Shown here piece after piece: positions 40,401-51,058 of a stretch of DNA of 64,000 nucleotides. Position 1 is the stretch's first letter. Each line of letters opens with the position of its first letter. The notes under the pieces are model-generated. The model did not search any database and had not been told where the DNA came from. It saw only the letters and a program-made list of their open reading frames with translations. The stretch lies in the sequence record SRR22947725_485. One strand, given 5' to 3'. A program made the position numbers and the translations under genes.

Positions 40401-41530
40401 ATATAAAAGAAAGAAATCAAGATAAGTGGTTGTTATGGACAGTGGTATTATTAGTTATTTTTGGTTTATCAATCTTATTTAGTGCAAGCTGGATTAAATC
40501 TCTTGAAATAACCGAGGGTGCTTCCAGAATGTATTTCTTACAAAACCAATTATTTAAATTTATTCCAGGGATAATAGTCTTTTTTATTGCGTCTCATTTT
40601 AACTATAGAAAGCTACAATATTTAGCTCCAGTTTTGATGGTTGGATCTTTCGTACTTCTAGTATATACACGAGTTCAAGGTTGTGATGGAGATTCCTGTA
40701 GATGGCTATCAATTGGTCCAATTTCTTTTCAAACATCTGATTTAGCAAGATTCTCAGTTATCCTTTTCTTAGCTGACTATATAGATAGAAATTATAAATA
40801 TATGCATCAGTTTGTTAAGGGAATTTTAATCCCACTATGCTGGATACTGCCTATTTGCTTAATGATTATTATGCAGCCAGATAATTCAACAACAATAATC
40901 TTACTTACAATTGTATTTGCTTTATTATTTATTGGAGGAGTATCATTACCTCAAATAGGAACTATAGGCGTTCTATCAGTTGGAGCAATTGGTATTTTTA
41001 TCTTAAATATTAATAACTATGCCTTAAGTAGAATACTTTCATTTCTCGATCCTAGCGCAGCAGGAAATGTAGGATATCAATCCAGTCAGGCTTTAATCGG
41101 TTTAAGACAGGGAGGTATCACAGGTATGGGTATTGGAGAAAGTATTCAAAAGCATTCATATTTACCTGAAACACATACCGATTTTATATTTGCCATCATT
41201 GGCGAAGAGTTAGGTTTTGTAGTGGGTGTTATGGTAATGCTAGCTTATATAGTCATATTGTTTAGAGCGATTCAAATTTCTAAAAAATCAAACGATATTT
41301 TTGGGATCATTCTTTCTATAGGCTTTGGTTTAAGTATCTCATTCTATGCCTTAATAAACATTGGTGTAGTGATTGGTATTATACCGGTTACAGGAGTGCC
41401 ACTTCCATTCATAAGTTATGGTGGATCTTCATTGATTATTAATCTACTTATGATAGCAATTTTGTTGAATATCAGCAAAGCTCAGCGAAAATTCAAAGTT
41501 AAAAAATGGAGACTCCGAGTTGATGGATAA
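40397..41530 (+). CDS. ftsW: SEDS family peptidoglycan glycosyltransferase FtsW
   Basis: RWL..GPISFQ, QPD, LPETHTDFIF, TGVPLPFISYGGSS; ATG 40397. Confidence 0.93.
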   Translation: MNIKERNQDKWLLWTVVLLVIFGLSILFSASWIKSLEITEGASRMYFLQNQLFKFIPGIIVFFIASHFNYRKLQYLAPVLMVGSFVLLVYTRVQGCDGDSCRWLSIGPISFQTSDLARFSVILFLADYIDRNYKYMHQFVKGILIPLCWILPICLMIIMQPDNSTTIILLTIVFALLFIGGVSLPQIGTIGVLSVGAIGIFILNINNYALSRILSFLDPSAAGNVGYQSSQALIGLRQGGITGMGIGESIQKHSYLPETHTDFIFAIIGEELGFVVGVMVMLAYIVILFRAIQISKKSNDIFGIILSIGFGLSISFYALINIGVVIGIIPVTGVPLPFISYGGSSLIINLLMIAILLNISKAQRKFKVKKWRLRVDG

Positions 41531-42608
41531 GTATAATATTATTTTTTGTGGAGGAGGAACTGGTGGACATTACTATCCTTTGATGTCTATCAAAAATGAA
41601 ATTTCAAAAAAAGTAGATAACAAAAATTTATACTATATCGGATCAAAATATGGAATCGAATCAAAGAAGATTAATTCTGAAAATATAAAAAGCTTATTGA
41701 TACCTATAAAGGGGATTAACAGATCTTTTTCTTTGTATGCAATTGCAAGAAATTGCTTAGTATTCTTTGAATTATTTTTTGGTCTAATTAGAGTTAGTCT
41801 ATTCTTCATTAAGAATAGACCTAGCTTGATTATTGCAACTGGCGGATATGCTTCATTTATACCTCTTCAGATTGCAAAGATATTCAATGTTCCATACTTT
41901 TTACATGAACAAAATTCATTTCCTGGCTTAGTAACTAGAATGTTTGGATCTAAAGCAGAAAAAGTATTCCTTGGTTTTGAAAATGCTAAAAATTACTTAA
42001 AGAGCAGTCATACCCTGTTTACAGGTAATCCAATTTACAATCATAGTCAAAAAGATATCTCTATATCACTAGATCATAAAAAAAGAACATTACTGATATT
42101 GGGAGGAAGTCAAGGATCAGTACTGCTTAATGATATTATTTCAGAATGTATTGATAATGAGATATTAAATAATATTAATATTATCTGGATTGCAGGTCTT
42201 AAGAACTATGATAAGTATAAGCACTATAATACAAATTCAATTAAAGTGCTATCTTTCGTAGATAATATGCCATATTTATACGATAAATGTGACTTGATAG
42301 TTTCTAGATCTGGCGCAATGACAGTTTCTGAAATTTTACAATTCAAGAAGCCTTCAATTCTTATTCCTTTTAGGTTTTCAGCAGAAGATCATCAAGTGTT
42401 TAATGCAAAATATTTACAAGAAAAGTTTGCGGCATTATTAATTCAGGAGAAAGATTTAGATAGTACCTTGTTATCATCAAAAATTAATGAAATTTGTGAA
42501 AATGATAGAATATATAATTCAATGAAAGACAATATTCAAAAAATAGATATTCCAGATTCAGTAAATATTATAAGCAAGAAAATTATGGAGCATTTATATG
42601 CTGTCTAG
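41523..42608 (+). CDS. murG: Lipid II GlcNAc transferase MurG
   Basis: GGGTGGH, HEQNS, GGSQGS, SRSGA. Confidence 0.95.
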   Translation: MDKYNIIFCGGGTGGHYYPLMSIKNEISKKVDNKNLYYIGSKYGIESKKINSENIKSLLIPIKGINRSFSLYAIARNCLVFFELFFGLIRVSLFFIKNRPSLIIATGGYASFIPLQIAKIFNVPYFLHEQNSFPGLVTRMFGSKAEKVFLGFENAKNYLKSSHTLFTGNPIYNHSQKDISISLDHKKRTLLILGGSQGSVLLNDIISECIDNEILNNINIIWIAGLKNYDKYKHYNTNSIKVLSFVDNMPYLYDKCDLIVSRSGAMTVSEILQFKKPSILIPFRFSAEDHQVFNAKYLQEKFAALLIQEKDLDSTLLSSKINEICENDRIYNSMKDNIQKIDIPDSVNIISKKIMEHLYAV

Positions 42609-43965
42609 TATAAACAGAATACATTTTATTGGTATCGGTGGAATTGGTATGAGTGGAATTGCTGAGCTTTTATTTAATCAAAATTTTAAGATTACTGGTT
42701 CAGATTTATCGGAATCATCAAATACAGATAGGCTAAAAAAATTAGATATTCCTATATCAATTGGACATGATAGAAGCAATATTTCATCAGCCGAAATTGT
42801 AGTTTACTCTGATGCTATCCCAAAAGATAATGTTGAATTGATTGAGGCAAATGATAGAAATATTCAATGTTACTCTAGAGGACAAATAATATCTCAGCTA
42901 GCGAAGTTAAAAAGTTCTACAGTAGGAATTTCTGGAACACATGGAAAGACCACAACAACATCTATGATTGGATCGATATTGAAAGATTCCAACTTAGATC
43001 CTACTATTATTGTTGGAGGAGTAGTGAAATCTATCAATACCAATTCTGTGCTAGGATCTGGAGATACCTTTGTTGTAGAAGCTGATGAATTTAATAGAAC
43101 TTTTTTACAACTATCTCCAACTATAGCGGTAATTAACAATATTGATTTGGAGCATATTGATTGCTATAAAGACATAGATGACCTTAAAGGTGCATTTATT
43201 GAGTTTGCTAATTCAGTTCCTTTTTATGGCATGGTCAGTATTTGTAAGGATTCAGAAAATGCTGCAGCTATTATACCGTCAATTGATAAGCCAATTGTTA
43301 CTTACGGTATAGAGTCTGATGATGTCGACTTTAGAGCAATTAACATAGTTCATAATAATGGGAAAGTCGTATTTGATCTGATTTTTAAAGAGCAAAGCTA
43401 TCCATTTTCAATGAATGTTCCAGGAGAGTATAATATTTTTAATGCTCTAGCAGCTATCTCTGTATGTAAAACTATGGGCCTATCTTTAGAAGATATTAGC
43501 CGCAGCTTAAAAATGTTTTCAGGTGTAAAAAGAAGATTTGATATTAAGATTAAAAATAATGATTTGATGATTATTGATGACTATGCTCACCATCCAGTAG
43601 AAGTATCAAGTGTTATTAAAGCAATTAAGAGTAATTGGGGTAGAAGGCTTCTTGTAATTTTTCAACCTCATCTCTATTCAAGAACTAAGCAATTTTATAA
43701 AGAATTTGCAGAAGCTTTACAAGATGCTGATTTAGTTTTTGTAACAGAAATCTTTGCTTCTAGAGAAAAATTAGATGCTTCTATTACCTCCGAAAAGATT
43801 GGGAAATATCTTAAAGAATTAAATCACAATAATGTTTTTAATATTACTACTGAATCTCTGATAACAGATGTAAAAAGTAAGTACATGAAAGGTGACATTA
43901 TTTTAACAGTCGGAGCAGGTAATATTTGGAGATTTGCTGATAAACTAAGTGAGAGTATGCAATGA
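42598..43965 (+). CDS. murC: UDP-MurNAc--L-Ala ligase
   Basis: GIGGIGMSGIA, GTHGKTTT, EADE, DDYAHHP. Confidence 0.96.
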   Translation: MLSSINRIHFIGIGGIGMSGIAELLFNQNFKITGSDLSESSNTDRLKKLDIPISIGHDRSNISSAEIVVYSDAIPKDNVELIEANDRNIQCYSRGQIISQLAKLKSSTVGISGTHGKTTTTSMIGSILKDSNLDPTIIVGGVVKSINTNSVLGSGDTFVVEADEFNRTFLQLSPTIAVINNIDLEHIDCYKDIDDLKGAFIEFANSVPFYGMVSICKDSENAAAIIPSIDKPIVTYGIESDDVDFRAINIVHNNGKVVFDLIFKEQSYPFSMNVPGEYNIFNALAAISVCKTMGLSLEDISRSLKMFSGVKRRFDIKIKNNDLMIIDDYAHHPVEVSSVIKAIKSNWGRRLLVIFQPHLYSRTKQFYKEFAEALQDADLVFVTEIFASREKLDASITSEKIGKYLKELNHNNVFNITTESLITDVKSKYMKGDIILTVGAGNIWRFADKLSESMQ

Positions 43966-44891
43966 TCCATTCTTTAAGCGATAAGATTTTAAATACAACG
44001 AATGCTACTGTATCAATTAATGAACCAATGAAAAAACATACAACATATGGAATTGGAGGGCCAGCTGAGCTATTTGTCTTGCCATCAAATAAAGAAGACC
44101 TGATTGAGGTTGTCAAGTTATCTAAAGAACATAAAGAAGTAGTAACTATTATAGGTTCAGGATCAAATTTATTAATAAGCGATGAAGGTATTAAGGGAGT
44201 TGTAGTGTCGATTAAGCATTGTTTAAAAGAGATTAGTATCGATACAGATGAAATTTATGTGGAATGTGGAATTATGCTAGGCAAAATGGTAAAAGAGTCC
44301 ATGAAGCATGATTTAAAAGGACTGGAAAATCTTATTGGAGTTCCAGGAACATTAGGCGGAGCATTAATGATGAATGCAGGTGCTTGGGGTGGAGAAATAT
44401 CAGAAAATTTACAAACAGTAGAGCTTTTAGATGAAAAAAATGAAATTCAATTAATCTCTAAATCAGATATTGATTTTGCTTATAGGTCTTCTTCTTTCAA
44501 TAAAAATACTATTTTACTTTCAGCTACATTCAAGCTCAAAAAATCACCAAAAGAAATTATTCAAGATAACTTTGAATTAGCAAAATCTGGTAGAAAGAGT
44601 ACACAACCATTGAATTATCGTTCTGCTGGTAGCGTATTTAAAAATCCTTCTTCTAAACACTCTGCAGGTATGTTAATTGATCAATCAGGATTGAAGGGTT
44701 TGAAAAGAGGAGATGCTCAGATTTCTAACAAGCATGCAAATTTTTTTGTAAATAATGGAAATGCAAAAGCTGATGATATGATGAAACTTATAAAAGAAGC
44801 AAAACATACTGTCAAAGAAAAGTTTGATATCGAATTAGAGCTAGAAGTTAAATTATTAGGTTTTAGTGCTGAGGAGATTAATGCGTTATGA
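43962..44891 (+). CDS. murB: UDP-N-acetylenolpyruvoylglucosamine reductase
   Basis: GSGSNLL, PGTLGGA..MNAGA, SAGSVFKNP, KHANF. Confidence 0.95.
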   Translation: MIHSLSDKILNTTNATVSINEPMKKHTTYGIGGPAELFVLPSNKEDLIEVVKLSKEHKEVVTIIGSGSNLLISDEGIKGVVVSIKHCLKEISIDTDEIYVECGIMLGKMVKESMKHDLKGLENLIGVPGTLGGALMMNAGAWGGEISENLQTVELLDEKNEIQLISKSDIDFAYRSSSFNKNTILLSATFKLKKSPKEIIQDNFELAKSGRKSTQPLNYRSAGSVFKNPSSKHSAGMLIDQSGLKGLKRGDAQISNKHANFFVNNGNAKADDMMKLIKEAKHTVKEKFDIELELEVKLLGFSAEEINAL

Positions 44892-45640
44892 AGAATAATT
44901 TGATAAAAATCTATAATGTCGTTCATCAGCCACTACTATGCTTAATCCTGATAGGAATTTCACTTTTTGGATCTATTAAATGGGCACAATTCAATAAAAC
45001 CTTTATTGTAAAAGATGTAAAAATTGAAGGTATTAATTATTTTGATGATACCGTATTGATAGAATATAAAAAAAGTATAAAAGATCAGAATATTTTCTTA
45101 TCCAATCTAAAAGGCTATAAAAGCGATATAGAGTCATTAGACCATATAAAAGGTTGTAAGATATCAAGGGTTTTTCCTAGTACTGTTAAGGTAGAAGTTT
45201 ACGAAAGAGAGCCTTTAGCTATGATCAGTGCAAATGATTTGATTATCCTTGATTCTGAGGGGATATGTTTGCCTGTTGAATACTGTGAAATTTCATTACC
45301 TATTCTTTCAAATTTTAAAAATAATCAAGAGCTGTATGAGAAAGGCAAGAAAACTAAGTCTTCAAATGTTTTAAAATCTATTGATGTTATTAAATATTCT
45401 AAAGAAAATTTTGATTCATTATATATGAATATCTCAGAGTTTGTATTTAATGAAAATAGTGAGTATGAAATTATTTTAAAAAATGGAAGAACAAAAATAT
45501 TATTAGGTGGCGATAATATTTTTGCAAAGATAGACAACTTAAATGCGTTTGCAACAGTGCTACCTCCTGAAAAGACATTAGAAAGTTATAGATATATAGA
45601 TTTAAGATATAAGAGACAAATAGTGGTGGAAGAAATATAA
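44888..45640 (+). CDS. ftsQ: Cell division protein FtsQ
   Basis: TM, POTRA domain (RVFPSTVKVEVYERE), YIDLRY C-terminus. Confidence 0.85.
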   Translation: MKNNLIKIYNVVHQPLLCLILIGISLFGSIKWAQFNKTFIVKDVKIEGINYFDDTVLIEYKKSIKDQNIFLSNLKGYKSDIESLDHIKGCKISRVFPSTVKVEVYEREPLAMISANDLIILDSEGICLPVEYCEISLPILSNFKNNQELYEKGKKTKSSNVLKSIDVIKYSKENFDSLYMNISEFVFNENSEYEIILKNGRTKILLGGDNIFAKIDNLNAFATVLPPEKTLESYRYIDLRYKRQIVVEEI

Positions 45641-46881
45641 TGAAGAATAGAATACAAGTAGCTTTTGACTTAGGATCTTTTAGTATTAAAGGAGCTGTTG
45701 GAAGAATAATAAATGAAAATCAAATAGAGATTCTATCTATTCGTTCCGTAAAAACGGATAGTATAGATAGCGGAGATATTGTAGATAAAGAATCATTGCT
45801 AAAGAGCCTAGAATACTTAATCGAAAAAATGGAAAAAGATGCTAAAATTAATATTGATGAAGATGCATGGGTTTCAGTGTCTGGTAAAAATATTAAATCC
45901 ATAAATTCATCAACTAGAATTAGGTCAAAAGATAATTCTGAATTTGAAGTTGATGAGACTACTGAACAAAAATTATTAACACAATGCGCTGATATTCAAG
46001 TTTCCTCTGATAGGTATGTTCTTCATAATATCAAAAGAGGATTTTTTATAGATGGTTCATCTCTTATACGAAATCCCTTGGGAATGATTGGCAGGTCTAT
46101 TGATGCAAAATCACATGTTATTCATATCAAAAATTTTAATCTATTGCAAATTGACCATTGCTTTAGAGATGATTTAAGTATTCATGTTAATCCAATTTTT
46201 GATGGCCTAGCAGCAGCATTAGGAAGTCTAAGTAAAGATGATCAAGATTTAGGAGTTATGTTTATCGATGTAGGAGCGGATAAAACAAACATGCTTCTCT
46301 ATAAAGATAATTACTTAATTCACTCTAAAGTTATTCCAATAGGGTCAAAATCTGTTACAAAAGATATAGCTGCTTATCTTCAAACATCTATAAAACGAGC
46401 AGAATCAATTAAGCATGAACATGTTTCTGCATTATCAGATTTTGCAGATCCTGAATCTAATTTTGAACTACCAATCGAAAATGACGATTTAACAAAGAGT
46501 ATAAATCAGAAAGAGATATCTGAAATTGCAGAATTGAGATATGAGGATATTATAGATCAAATTAAATCTGAAATGAAATTATTACGTATGGATATGTCTG
46601 ATATAAGATCAGGTATTAAAATTACAGGCGGTGGATCTAATGTCAGAAATTTAGATTTATTATTTAAAAAGCATTTTGAGGGTACAAAGTGTGAATATTT
46701 GTCAATAAGCAATACTGTATTTAAAGAAAACCTAGAAGATCGTAGAGAACTATCTACTCTAATTGGTCTTTTATCATGGCCAATCTTTAATACAGAAGAT
46801 AGCAGTCCAACTGTTGGAGTTAAAAATTTTAAATCAATTACAAAAAATATTTCCAGTATATGGAAAGGTTTTTTTGAGTAA
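45640..46881 (+). CDS. ftsA: Cell division protein FtsA
   Basis: DLGS..IK, IDVGA, ITGGGS; amphipathic C-terminus. Confidence 0.92.
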   Translation: MKNRIQVAFDLGSFSIKGAVGRIINENQIEILSIRSVKTDSIDSGDIVDKESLLKSLEYLIEKMEKDAKINIDEDAWVSVSGKNIKSINSSTRIRSKDNSEFEVDETTEQKLLTQCADIQVSSDRYVLHNIKRGFFIDGSSLIRNPLGMIGRSIDAKSHVIHIKNFNLLQIDHCFRDDLSIHVNPIFDGLAAALGSLSKDDQDLGVMFIDVGADKTNMLLYKDNYLIHSKVIPIGSKSVTKDIAAYLQTSIKRAESIKHEHVSALSDFADPESNFELPIENDDLTKSINQKEISEIAELRYEDIIDQIKSEMKLLRMDMSDIRSGIKITGGGSNVRNLDLLFKKHFEGTKCEYLSISNTVFKENLEDRRELSTLIGLLSWPIFNTEDSSPTVGVKNFKSITKNISSIWKGFFE

Positions 46882-46904
46882 AAAAATATAAAAAGGAGAT
46901 TACT

Positions 46905-48095
46905 ATGTTATTTGAATTTGATGAGTTAGCAAGCCAGCGAGCGAGGATTAAGGTTTTAGGGGTTGGAGGTGCTGGAGGTAATGCAATTAACAGAATGATT
47001 ACTTCAGGTATGGATGGAGTAGAGTTTATCGCTATTAATACTGATGCCCAAGATTTAGGAAGTAACCCAGCAGAAACTAAGCTTCAGATTGGAAAAGATT
47101 TAACGAAAGGGCTAGGTGCTGGAGCAAAGCCAGAAATTGGGCGTAAAGCTATCATGCATGATACTGATGCTTTAAAAGCATTAGTAGCTGGATCGGATTT
47201 AGTATTTGTAACCGCTGGGATGGGTGGAGGTACAGGTACTGGTGCAGCTCCAGTAGTAGCTAAAGTCTGTAAAGATTTAGGCATATTAACCGTATGTATT
47301 GTTACTCTACCATTCGAATTTGAAGGTTCAAAGAAAATGAATGCAGCGCGTAAGGGTGTCGCTTCAATGAGAAATTTCTGTGATACTTTGATCGTAGTTC
47401 CAAATGAGAAATTAATTTCAGTTGTGGATAATGCTACGACCTTTGAAGATGGATTTAAAGAGTCAGATGCCATTTTATTGCAAGCAGCTAGAAGTATATC
47501 AGATTTAATTAATAAGAAGGGTAATGTAAATATTGATTTTGCTGATGTTAAATCAGTTATGAGCGGTATGGGAGATGCAGTTATAGGTGCAGGAACTGCA
47601 AGGGGTGAAGAAAGAGCTGTTCTCGCAGCACAACAAGCTATTTGTAGTCCATTGTTAGATTCTCATTCAATTAGCGGAGCTCAAAAGGTTTTAGTAAATA
47701 TCACCGGTAATAAGCAAATGGGGTTAATGGAAGTAAATACTGCAATGAAACTTATTCATGAAGAGGCTGGAGATAATGTGGATGTAATTTTTGGTGCTCG
47801 TGTTGATGAAAATATGCAAGACCAGTTACAAGTAACGGTTATCGCCACTGGATTTAATCGTCAGCCTATTGAAGAGAAAGTAGATATGCGTAGTTCTCAA
47901 AGTAGAAATAGTGAGGATCTTATGGATTCACCTAATACAACTTTATATCAAGAAAATAATCCAGAATCAGGTTTTCAAATGGATGACCATGAAAAAAATG
48001 GTAGTAATAAAGAAGATGGACCTACTTTAGTGTTTGATGATTTTGATCAAAGCGCTGATTTAGATGTTCCTGCCTATATTAGAAAACAAAGATAA
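46905..48095 (+). CDS. ftsZ: Cell division protein FtsZ
   Basis: GGAGGNA, GMGGGTGTG, NIDFAD, LDVPAYIR. Confidence 0.97.
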   Translation: MLFEFDELASQRARIKVLGVGGAGGNAINRMITSGMDGVEFIAINTDAQDLGSNPAETKLQIGKDLTKGLGAGAKPEIGRKAIMHDTDALKALVAGSDLVFVTAGMGGGTGTGAAPVVAKVCKDLGILTVCIVTLPFEFEGSKKMNAARKGVASMRNFCDTLIVVPNEKLISVVDNATTFEDGFKESDAILLQAARSISDLINKKGNVNIDFADVKSVMSGMGDAVIGAGTARGEERAVLAAQQAICSPLLDSHSISGAQKVLVNITGNKQMGLMEVNTAMKLIHEEAGDNVDVIFGARVDENMQDQLQVTVIATGFNRQPIEEKVDMRSSQSRNSEDLMDSPNTTLYQENNPESGFQMDDHEKNGSNKEDGPTLVFDDFDQSADLDVPAYIRKQR

Positions 48096-48121
48096 TTTGG
48101 TTGGCTACCAATAAACGAGAT

Positions 48122-48157
48122 GGCTCCCAACTAATCCTTAGTTTGGGAGCCTCTTTA
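48122..48157 (+). terminator. Putative intrinsic terminator after ftsZ
   Basis: GGCTCCCAACTAA-tcc-TTAGTTTGGGAGCC stem with one bulge, followed by TCTTT. Confidence 0.7.
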
Positions 48158-48162
48158 ACTCT

Positions 48163-48191
48163 TTGCTATATTTGTTTTCATCGTATAAATT
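48163..48191 (+). promoter_or_regulatory. Putative sigma70 promoter (TTGCTA-17-TAAATT), likely leaderless
   Basis: -10 ends 7 nt before ATG 48199; no SD. Confidence 0.55.
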
Positions 48192-48198
48192 CTAAGCT

Positions 48199-48516
48199 AT
48201 GAATAAATTTTGGGAAGAATTCAAAAACAATATTTCTGAATGGAGCGTAGTTGCTTCAGAGAAGGCAGAAGAATTTACTCATACTAGTAAGCTTCGTATA
48301 GATATTCTACAGCTTGAGAGAAAATTATCTGGGCTATATGTTAAGTTAGGATTATATGTATTTGCTAAAACACAGGAAAAAAATGTTCTCAATTTCGTTG
48401 GAGATAAACGCTATCTTGGACTCGTTGAAAATGTAGAAGAAATAAAAAAGAGAATTGCAGATAAGAAACAAGCTATGAATCACGACAATAAAGAAGTAGC
48501 TAAAGAGGAAGAGTAG
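48199..48516 (+). CDS. Hypothetical coiled-coil protein
   Basis: 105-aa ORF with upstream promoter, heading the M23/miaB run. Confidence 0.65.
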   Translation: MNKFWEEFKNNISEWSVVASEKAEEFTHTSKLRIDILQLERKLSGLYVKLGLYVFAKTQEKNVLNFVGDKRYLGLVENVEEIKKRIADKKQAMNHDNKEVAKEEE

Positions 48517-48519
48517 ATT

Positions 48520-49416
48520 GTGATAAAGAAAAAATTCTTCTCTTTTCAATATTTATCCTCAGAAAGATTACATCAAGTAAATTTTTCAGTACTAAATATT
48601 GTTACCAGTCTTGCTTTAATTGTTTTTGTTTTTATTGGAGCTAATTACTATCTGTCTTTAGAGTTTTCTAGTCAGTATTATAAAGATAAATTAAAAGAAA
48701 CAGATGAAAAATATGCAGATGTATCTCAAGAGCTTTTAACTAAAATAGCTGAACTTGAACAAGAGTTAGTGTTAATTGAAGAAAGAGATAAAGAGCTTAG
48801 AACATATGCTGCTATACCACCTCTAAGTGAGGATATTAAGATTCAAGGTACTGGAGGTTCTGTAGAAGAAATAACTATTGAAGATAAAGACCCTTCAAGT
48901 ATTTTATTTCAATTAAAAGATAAAATTGATTCACTATCCTATGCTGTGAATGTTGAAAAAGATAGTTATAGTGCTATCTTTAATAAAATTAAATCTAATG
49001 AAAAAATGTATTCGCATATTCCATCCATCTCACCTGTTAAAGGGTATGTTGGATCAAAATATGGCTATAGAACAGATCCTATCGACGGAAAAAGAAGAAT
49101 GCACTCTGGTCTAGATTTTGCGGTAAATCTTAATACGGATGTGCTAGCTACTGGAGATGGAGTTGTAAAAAAGGCTCAATATGATTCTGGATGGGGAAGA
49201 TATATAAAAATTGATCATGGATATGGCTATGAAACAGTTTATGCTCACTTATATAAGATTAAGGTTAAAAAAGGTCAGAAAGTTAAGCGTGGCGATGTCA
49301 TTGGTAAGTCTGGAAATAGTGGGAGAGCTGCTGGATTTCATTTACACTATGAAGTTCATAAAAATAAAAAGACCGTAGATCCAATAAAACATTTCTTCAC
49401 AGGAAATATCAAATAA
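48520..49416 (+). CDS. M23 family metallopeptidase
   Basis: HSGLDF, YAHL, HLHYEV; N-terminal TM plus coiled coil. Confidence 0.92.
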   Translation: MIKKKFFSFQYLSSERLHQVNFSVLNIVTSLALIVFVFIGANYYLSLEFSSQYYKDKLKETDEKYADVSQELLTKIAELEQELVLIEERDKELRTYAAIPPLSEDIKIQGTGGSVEEITIEDKDPSSILFQLKDKIDSLSYAVNVEKDSYSAIFNKIKSNEKMYSHIPSISPVKGYVGSKYGYRTDPIDGKRRMHSGLDFAVNLNTDVLATGDGVVKKAQYDSGWGRYIKIDHGYGYETVYAHLYKIKVKKGQKVKRGDVIGKSGNSGRAAGFHLHYEVHKNKKTVDPIKHFFTGNIK

Positions 49417-50742
49417 ATGCAACCATTGCCCATTAAAAAATTTGTCCTTGAGACATATGGCTGTCAAATGAATACAGCCGATTCTGAACTTGTAGAAGGG
49501 ATATTGTTAAACTTAGGGTTAGAAAAAACACAAGATTTACATGATGCTGATGCAATCTTTCTCAATACTTGTGCAATTAGAGAAAATGCAGAGGTGAAAG
49601 TTCATTCGCGTCTAGGAAATCTCCATAAGATAAAGCGTTCAAAGCCACACTTGATTATTGGAGTGCTTGGATGTATGGCTCAAAATTTAAAGGATGACCT
49701 GTTAAAGAATAAGCCATATGTTGATATCATTCTAGGTCCTGATTCATACAGAAATATTCCAAAACTTATGAATAGACATCTTACCGAAAAGAAGAGTATT
49801 GTTGATACTAAGCTTTCAAGATATGAAGTCTATGAAGATATGTTTCCAAGTAGAGGAGACACATTTAATGCATGGGTTTCTATTATGAGAGGGTGCGATA
49901 AATTTTGCTCTTTTTGTATTGTACCTTTTACTAGGGGAAGAGAAAGAAGTAGGAGCGTTGAGAGCGTTGTAACAGAAGTAAAAAAGGCAGTTGATCAAGG
50001 TTTTGTTGAAATAACACTTTTAGGGCAAAACGTAAATTCTTATAAGCATGAAAAACAGTCTTTTGCAGATTTATTATTAGCAGTATCCGATATCCCAGGT
50101 GTTAAAAGAATTAGATATACATCTCCTCATCCACAGGACATTAATGTGGAGCTACTAGAGGTTATGGCATCAAGAAATAATATTTGCAACTATGTTCATT
50201 TCCCGATGCAGTCAGGATCAAATGAGTTGCTAAAGCGCATGAATCGAACATATACTAGAGAACATTTTTATTATATGGCTGAAAAAATAAGAGAAATCAT
50301 GCCTAATTGCGGTCTATCCACAGATATTATAGTAGGATTTCCAGGAGAAACTGATGAACAGTTTAGAGAGACGTTAGACTTGATGGAAAAAATTAAATTT
50401 AATACTGCTTTCACTTTTAAATATTCTTCTAGGCCTTATACAAGAGCAGAGCAATTTTCAAATCAAATTTCAGAACAAGTTAAGAAAGATAGATTGGATG
50501 AGATGCTCATATTGCAACGAAAGCATACCCTTGAACTGAACTTGCAAAAAGTTGGAAACTTTGAACAAGTTTTAATAGAAAAAGAAAGTAAGAAATCTGC
50601 AGACCATTGGGCTGGAAGAACGGATTCAAATGAATGGGTGATTGTAGAAAAAAATCATAGTAAAATTAAGGATATTATTCCAGTAGAGATTACAGAGGCT
50701 AGTGGAGTAATTTTACGTGGAAAAGAAATAACAGGAGCATAA
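49417..50742 (+). CDS. miaB: tRNA methylthiotransferase MiaB
   Basis: TYGCQMN, CDKFCSFC radical SAM motif, TRAM domain. Confidence 0.95.
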   Translation: MQPLPIKKFVLETYGCQMNTADSELVEGILLNLGLEKTQDLHDADAIFLNTCAIRENAEVKVHSRLGNLHKIKRSKPHLIIGVLGCMAQNLKDDLLKNKPYVDIILGPDSYRNIPKLMNRHLTEKKSIVDTKLSRYEVYEDMFPSRGDTFNAWVSIMRGCDKFCSFCIVPFTRGRERSRSVESVVTEVKKAVDQGFVEITLLGQNVNSYKHEKQSFADLLLAVSDIPGVKRIRYTSPHPQDINVELLEVMASRNNICNYVHFPMQSGSNELLKRMNRTYTREHFYYMAEKIREIMPNCGLSTDIIVGFPGETDEQFRETLDLMEKIKFNTAFTFKYSSRPYTRAEQFSNQISEQVKKDRLDEMLILQRKHTLELNLQKVGNFEQVLIEKESKKSADHWAGRTDSNEWVIVEKNHSKIKDIIPVEITEASGVILRGKEITGA

Positions 50743-51053
50743 TGTTTAGAGTATTAAGAGTATTATTTTTATTGGGTGCATTGGGAGGAACATATTGGTT
50801 ATTTCACTTGAATATGAATCCTATTACAATATATTTTTTCAAAAATGATATAACATTACCTGGATTTATATTTTATATAGTATTTATAATGATTGGTGTT
50901 GTGGTTGGATATGTAATTTCATTGAAATCTGTATTTTCTTATCGATCAGAAATATCAAATCTTCTCAAGACTAATAAAGAAATTTCAGAAGAGCTTGATA
51001 GCCTACGAAATGTAGCTGTTGGCGAAGAGTTTAGTTTCACTGAAAAGGAGTAA
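50742..51053 (+). CDS. lapA: LapA-like membrane protein
   Basis: Two TM helices, coiled coil, ELDSLRN; directly upstream of lapB. Confidence 0.7.
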   Translation: MFRVLRVLFLLGALGGTYWLFHLNMNPITIYFFKNDITLPGFIFYIVFIMIGVVVGYVISLKSVFSYRSEISNLLKTNKEISEELDSLRNVAVGEEFSFTEKE

Positions 51054-51058
51054 GTATC